NCBI GenBank assembly: GCA_002269645.1
Contig: NIVC01000608.1
Location: forward strand, 248,001 to 312,000
Source: Macrostomum lignano
Lineage: Eukaryota
Length of the DNA stretch: 64,000 nt
Direction: 5' to 3'
Below, piece by piece: positions 58,768 through 64,000 of the stretch. The notes under the pieces are model-generated. The model had not been told where the DNA came from and searched no databases. It was given only the letters and a program-made list of their open reading frames with translations. The position numbers and the translations under genes are program-made. How positions within the stretch are numbered: the first letter of the stretch is position 1; the number at the start of each line of letters is the position of its first letter.

Positions 58768-59612
58768 TGCAATAAGAATCGCCCTCAGCCATGTGAATGC
58801 AATAGGAATCGCCCTCAGCCATGTGAATGCAATAAGAATCGCCCTCAGCCATGTGAATGCAGTAAGAATCGCCCTCAGCCATGTGAATGCAATAAGAATC
58901 GCCCTCAGCCATGTGAATGCAGTAAGAATCGCCCTCAGCCACGTGAATGCAGTAAGAATCGCCCTCAGCCATGTGAATGCAATAAGAATCGCTCTCAGCC
59001 ATGTGAATGCAGTAAGAATCGCCCTCAGCCATGTGAATGCAGTAAGAATCGCCCTCAGCCATGTGAATGCAATAAGAATCGCCCTCAGCCATGTGAATGC
59101 AGTAAGAATCGCCCTCTGCCATGTGAATGCAATCAGAATCGCCCTCAGCCATGTGAATGCAATAAGAATCGCCCTCAGCCATGTGAATGCAGTAAGAATC
59201 GCCCTCAGCCACGTGAATGCAGTAAGAATCGCCCTCAGCCATGTGAATGCAGTAAGAATCGCCCTCAGCCATGTGAATGCAGTAAGAATCGCCCTCAGCC
59301 ACGTGAATGCAGTAAGAATCGCCCTCAGCCATGTGAATGCAGTAAGAATCGCCCTCAGCCATGTGAATGCAGTAAGAATCGCCCTCTGCCATGTGAATGC
59401 AATCAGAATCGCCCTCAGCCATGTGAATGCAATAAGAATCGCCCTCAGCCATGTGAATGCAGTAAGAATCGCCCTCAGCCATGTGAATGCAGTAAGAATC
59501 GCCCTCAGCCATGTGAATGCAGTAAGAATCGCCCTCAGCCATGTGAATGCAAAAAGAATCGCCCTCAGCCATGTGAATGCAGTAAGAATCGCCCTCAGCC
59601 ATGTGAATGCAG
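58768..59612. repeat. 30-bp minisatellite AAGAATCGCCCTCAGCCATGTGAATGCAGT in the HINT3 intron
   Basis: About 28 units. Confidence 0.97.
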
Positions 59613-59647
59613 TGACGAACGCATCCTCCTGTCTCTGTTCAACGCAG

Positions 59648-59774
59648 GGTGGGTTTGCACTGGCCGCCTTTCTGTCTAGTAAAGCACTTTCACGTGCATC
59701 TGATTTGGCCGGAATCCGAACTGACTTGGCTGTCGCGATTAATTTTTCGCCCCAATTCATATTGGTTCTGCACG
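59648..59774 (+). CDS. HINT3: HINT3 exon carrying the histidine triad
   Basis: ACGCAG|G VGLHWPPFCLVKHFHVHLIWP...RLIFRPNSYWFCT|GTGAGT; HxHxH motif HFHVH. Missed by the supplied ORF track. Confidence 0.9.
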
Positions 59775-59875
59775 GTGAGTTTGTGAAATACGATCAGTGT
59801 TAACTGTTAAGACAATATGGCCTCAATAAGCTGTGTTTGTTAATAATTATTATACTGTCCATTGATTTTACACAG

Positions 59876-59917
59876 GTGCCGAGTCTGATAGAGTATCTGA
59901 ATAATCTACCGGACTAA
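59876..59917 (+). CDS. HINT3: HINT3 last exon
   Basis: TTTACACAG|VPSLIEYLNNLPD*, comparable to HINT3 ..DHLIEKL. Confidence 0.8.
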   Translation: MPSLIEYLNNLPD

Positions 59918-60254
59918 TTATTTATCTTTTGTCTTCAGTCATTATTGTGACGTTACACATGCTGTGTACTTTTCTTGTCTATAGTTATGCACATCGATTA
60001 ATTATCATCTGTGATAGACTAATAAATTATAAAGTATTTTAAATTTATTTCGTGGTCTTGACTTTTTCATTTAAAGAGGTACCTTTTTACTAGATTAGAA
60101 AGTTGAATTTTGAACCCATTTAAGAATCGCCCTATATGCGTCTTACAAGAGTAGAAGTTTTGATAAAGAAAAAAGGTGTTTGTAGAGACGCTATGATTTC
60201 TCAAAGCAGCCGTTGCTAGGGTTGTTCAGATACCTCACAGAACTTGTTAAGGCA

Positions 60255-60352
60255 GCTCAGAACACATCGAGAAGCCGTTGCTAAGGCAGCCCAGAACACA
60301 TCGAGAAGCCGTTGCTAAGGCAGCCCAGAACACATCGAGAAGCCGTTGCTAA
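60255..60352. repeat. 34-bp repeat, about 3 copies
   Basis: GCCGTTGCTAAGGCAGCCCAGAACACATCGAGAA. Confidence 0.85.
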
Positions 60353-60496
60353 GATGGCCCAGGAAGACTACTCGTACCATAGCAACCAGGAGTTGTGGTT
60401 CCTATAAAGTCTTTTCCAGTATAATTTCGATACCTTTAAGACAAAAACAGGGATCTATTGTTGTGGGATTCGCTTTTATTTGGGCTTTGAAACTAA

Positions 60497-60922
60497 ATGA
60501 ATTTGTCTTCCCAATTTCAGGCGTTAAATTTGACTGCTGGAGATAGCGCAGTTTCGCCGTCAGACGATCCAATTAACGACATCATTGGCACAAGCGGCAG
60601 CAGCTACGCTGGCATCTGGTGGGCGGTGTTCCTGTGGACCGGCCTGCTCTCCATTGCTTTGCACCTCATCGGTCTGGCAGTTGCAGCTGTCCGATTGCGC
60701 GGTCACCCAGTTGGCCGACTGGCGCCTGTCGTATTCACCGGCGGCCTGATCTACAGTCTCCCCGGTCACGCCGTTAGCAGCCTCTGCGTTGCTTTTGTCT
60801 ATTATTCAGCCGGCCTGCTTGGGCACAGCTTCTTCACTTATTATCACGCCGCAGGCTGGGGCGTCCTGCTTAATTTGGTCTCGGCTGTGCTGCCTTTCTC
60901 TGGGCTCACCTCCGTACTTTGA
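60497..60922 (+). CDS. TMEM170A: Transmembrane protein 170 (start codon uncertain)
   Basis: WWAVFLWTGLLSIALHLIGLAVAAVRLRGHPVGR...AVSSLCVAFVYYSAG matches TMEM170 (MWYGVFLWAL...LRHHKYGR...TSAAIAGVYRAAG). Confidence 0.85.
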   Translation: MNLSSQFQALNLTAGDSAVSPSDDPINDIIGTSGSSYAGIWWAVFLWTGLLSIALHLIGLAVAAVRLRGHPVGRLAPVVFTGGLIYSLPGHAVSSLCVAFVYYSAGLLGHSFFTYYHAAGWGVLLNLVSAVLPFSGLTSVL

Positions 60923-60954
60923 CCGTGTTCAAAAAGAAGCATCTTCTGGCCCTA

Positions 60955-61190
60955 AACCACCGCCAAGCAACCCACCCCAACCTCCGCCTAGCCACCCACC
61001 TCAACTTCCGCCTAGCCACCAACCCCAGCCTCCGCCTAGCCACCCATCTCAGCCTCCGCCTAGCCACCCACCTCAGCCTCCGCCTAGCCACCCACCTCAA
61101 CCTCCGCCAGCAACCAACCCCAACCTCCGTCTAGCCACCCACCTCAATCTCCGCCTAGCCAACCACCCCAACATCCGCCTAGCCACACAC
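60955..61190. repeat. 24-bp C-rich minisatellite CCTCCGCCTAGCCACCCACCTCAA
   Basis: Read directly. Confidence 0.92.
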
Positions 61191-61227
61191 CACAATCTCG
61201 TGTCCAAAAGCCGAAGCCCGCCAGCCC

Positions 61228-62081
61228 ATGGATCCACTATTCCGTCGCGTGCTCGATTCATCGTCACCTGCCGGCCCACTGTCCGAGCTGGAGTCCCTGC
61301 TAGCCGATCCGGCCGTCCGGCCAACGCTGCTAAGCCACGCTGGCGGCTCGCTGCTCCAAGCTATCGTAGATTCGCTCGCCTGTCCGGAAGCTGCCGGTCG
61401 CCTGTCCGGCTTGTCCGACGCTGCCGATCGCCTTGTCGACGTGCTGCCCCCGGCCGTGTCGCTGGCGGCTCTGCTGTCCCGCTGGCGAGCCTGTCGGTCT
61501 GGCCGGCCATTGGCCGCCGTCATCCGCCTGACAATTCGCTATTTGACTGGCGACCGGCCGGCCGAATTTCTCCTCGGAGGCGGCGGCGGCGCTGACCCGG
61601 CCGAAGACGAGGCCGTTTCGCGCTGGCTGGCTAACCTGTCCACCGTGGTGTCGAACCGCTTGGCCACCGTCGCCGTCTCTATGGAGCCGGCGCCCGACCT
61701 GCTGACCGAGCCGTCGCTGAGCCGCCTGCTGTGCCACCGGCTGGTCGACTGTCTGGCCAGGCGCGCCGACGCCGGACGCTGCGCCCGCCTGGCCGGCTTG
61801 CTCTGCTTGAACAGCCGGCAGGCAGAATTTTGGACGGCGGTAGAGAACGGCTCGCTGGCCGAAGGCGCAGTCGCCAACCTGCTGTCCAAGGCGGACCCGG
61901 CGCATCTGGAGAATCTGCTAACTTGGCCTATCGCTAATTGCACCAATTTTAATAGTCTGTGCCATTATTTCGGTCGAAATCTGGTTGCTAAGGAAGCCGC
62001 AACGGCTCGTTTGTTGCTAACCGACAAGTTGCTGTTTGTGAGGCGATTCGATCGCAGCTTGTCGGCCAGGAATATTGCCAG
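61228..62081 (+). CDS. TELO2: TELO2 (Tel2, TTT complex), exon 1
   Basis: Long GC-rich helical ORF whose phase-2 donor AG|GTAAGC splices in frame to the recognisable exon 2. Confidence 0.75.
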
Positions 62082-62172
62082 GTAAGCTTAGGGCTGAGAT
62101 TTAGATTATGGATTTTTTAAGTTGCCCTTTAATATAATGCATCAAATTGTGTACCTGTGTTCTCCTGTGAAA

Positions 62173-62432
62173 ACTCCACCCTATCCCCACCCTGTGAGCC
62201 TCTCCCACTCCACCCTATCCCCACCCTGTGAGCCTCTCCCACTCCACCCTATCCCCACCCTGAGAGCCTCTCCCACTCCACCCTATCCCCACCCTGTGAG
62301 CCTCTCCCACTCCACCCTATCCCCACCCTGTGAGCCTCCCACTCCACCCTATCCCCACCCTGAGAGCCTCTCCCACTCCACCCTATCCCCACCCTGTGAG
62401 CCTCCCACTCCACCCTATCCCCACCCTGAGAG
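62173..62432. repeat. 34-bp minisatellite in TELO2 intron 1
   Basis: CTCCACCCTATCCCCACCCTGTGAGCCTCTCCCA. Confidence 0.93.
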
Positions 62433-62510
62433 CCTCCTGCTCAGCCCTAACCCCTAGTACCATTTTATTATAACTTTCTATTGAGACAATCATTTAAACA
62501 TTAAATTAAG

Positions 62511-63906
62511 GTACCTGCACTGGGCCGACTGGTCTCTATTCTGCCGGGCACTTCTAGAGGCCGGCCGCATCTGGTCTCAGCCTGTAGTGGTCCGCTCCAA
62601 CGGTATCGAGCAGCACCGGCACATCACCTGGTTCCTAGTTGTCGGCGCCAGGCTGCTGTCTGCCGACGACACCAACTCCAGTGAAGTGAAATCGGCGCGC
62701 GATCAACTAGTAGCCATACTGGTGCCGGGCATCGCTGCTCACTTTGAGCACAATGCCGACAATTTTCGCTGGATCGGCATGGCTACTGGCGAAGTGGTCA
62801 CAGATTTGTTGCGACTTAGCAGCGTCGGCGGTGGCTCCGATGACGAGCGTCGGCTTAAATTTGACCAGCCGGCCTGTCCGGACTCGAATCTGATTAAACG
62901 GCTTGCCTACGGCGATCTGGACTTTGTTGATGACATCGACAAGCCGGTTGATAAAGCGCTGCTAGGGACTCCAGATGATTCTAAGAATCTGTTGTCAGGG
63001 ACGCCAGGTGGTACTAAGAATCCGTTGCCAGGGACGCCAGATGGTACTAAGAATCCGTTGCCAGGGACGCCAGATGGTTCTAAGAATCCGTTGCCAGGAA
63101 GGCTAGAAGATTCTAAGAATCCGTTGCTAGGGGACTCAAGCGACAAAAAGCAAGCGTCATTGGCGCCCATTGAACCATTGGACTCTGATGACGACGAATC
63201 TGACGATGACAGCGACGAAAAGCTTCGACCAATTCAAGCGTCCCTAGCAACGGACGGGCCAGCGCCTGACGCTAATCGGCCGCGCTACATTCGTCAACTG
63301 TTGGACGGCCTGAGAGCAACAGCGCCGGAGGAGAGGGACCAGCTTCGGGCCAGCCTCATCGCGGCTCGCCAGCTCATCGCCGAACATCCGGGCGCAGTTC
63401 GCGAGCTCAGTCTCGACCTGGCCAGCGCCCTGCTCAACCTGAACTCCGACAGCGACGATGCTATTGTTGAAGGCTTTGCAGAGAAGCGAATGGCCGCCCT
63501 GACTGAGCTAGTCTGCTCGGATCCCGGCTCAGTGGCTCCCTACCTGGCTAGCCAGGTGTTCCTGCCCGAGTACTGCACCAGTCAGCGGCTGGACGCCCTG
63601 CTAGCCCTGCAGACTGCCGCCCTGTCTCTAAGTCGGGCGAAGAGTCCGCCTGTGAACGCTGTGGCATCACCGCCGATGCCCACCGTCGGCCGCGTGACGC
63701 GTCGCTGGGGCCGTCCAGTCCATCAGCAGGAATCCTCAGTCAGCGCCTTCAGCCAATTCGCCGGCGAGTTTTTCTTCGGCCTGGCGCGCGGATTCGACAC
63801 GCAGGCCAGACATCTGGATCTGATTGGGCCGGATTATCCGGTACTGTGCAGGCTGCTGTACACACTCGGCGTAGTGTACTTTTGCGCCGAGAACTCGCCA
63901 GGACAG
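62511..63906 (+). CDS. TELO2: TELO2 exon 2 (gene continues beyond the window)
   Basis: GMATGEVV...LKFD, LDSDDD motif, PRYIRQLLDGL, RELSLDLASALL, R..ALTELV..DP..VAPYL.SQ.F...Y..SQRLDAL match Tel2; donor CAG|GTATAA. Confidence 0.88.
62965..63132 (+). repeat. 33-bp coding tandem repeat (GTPDGTKNPLP, about 5 copies) within TELO2
   Basis: Visible in both DNA and translation. Confidence 0.9.
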
Positions 63907-64000
63907 GTATAATAGAATTGTGTTTAAAATAGGATTTAATGTCATGCATGCGGATTAAAGAGGAAACAATGCGTACACAGAAATAGCTAATTTGGATGCC

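Noticed and set aside
58694-59803. MAEGDSYCIH, NRPQPCEC and AFTWLRAIL ORFs
   Set aside because: 30-bp array lying inside a HINT3 intron bounded by good splice sites.
60122-60133. Solitary AAGAATCGCCCT copy 500 bp downstream of the HINT3 30-bp array
   Set aside because: A 12-nt match without flanking similarity; too short to infer origin.
60789-61905. Overlapping alternative-frame and antisense ORFs across TMEM170/TELO2, UTP4, GPSM and pol
   Set aside because: Expected shadows of GC-rich coding sequence; no independent homology recognised.
62173-62457. Telomere-like CCCTATCCC/CCCTAACCC in the intron of the telomere-related gene TELO2
   Set aside because: There is only one CCCTAA and no tandem telomeric tract; likely coincidence.

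Overview
Eukaryotic (animal) genomic DNA, not prokaryotic. The genes have GT-AG introns and GC-rich exons set in AT-rich DNA, with a different minisatellite roughly every 2 kb. This style suggests a Macrostomum-like flatworm (inference only, not verified). Genes recognised by manual translation and splicing: the 3' end of an unidentified gene (1-219), UTP4/cirhin (2 exons), a sex-peptide/MIP-receptor-like GPCR (2 exons), TXNL1 (3 exons, minus), GPSM/Pins/LGN (4 exons), a stand-alone EVH1-domain ORF (minus), HINT3, TMEM170 and the 5' part of TELO2. There are two intact tRNA-Arg genes (ACG, CCT). Mobile DNA: a full-length Ty3/Gypsy element with identical 172-bp LTRs and a 5-bp TSD inserted in a 40-bp satellite, a 5'-truncated LINE with a 7-bp TSD, a MITE, and tRNA-derived SINE-like heads. 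Most notable: (i) a ~9.7-kb foldback-like structure of two inverted 40-bp arrays that start in the same register and share the same order of variant units; (ii) an operon-like HINT3-TMEM170-TELO2 cluster with unpaired splice acceptors in frame for a spliced-leader-donated AUG; (iii) an EVH1 gene with competing donors and a tRNA inside the inferred intron; (iv) a palindromic GAG-TATA-CTC element about 30 bp upstream of both tRNAs; (v) 9 of 10 confidently placed introns inflated by their own private minisatellite. Most long ORFs in the supplied track are artefacts of the repeats.
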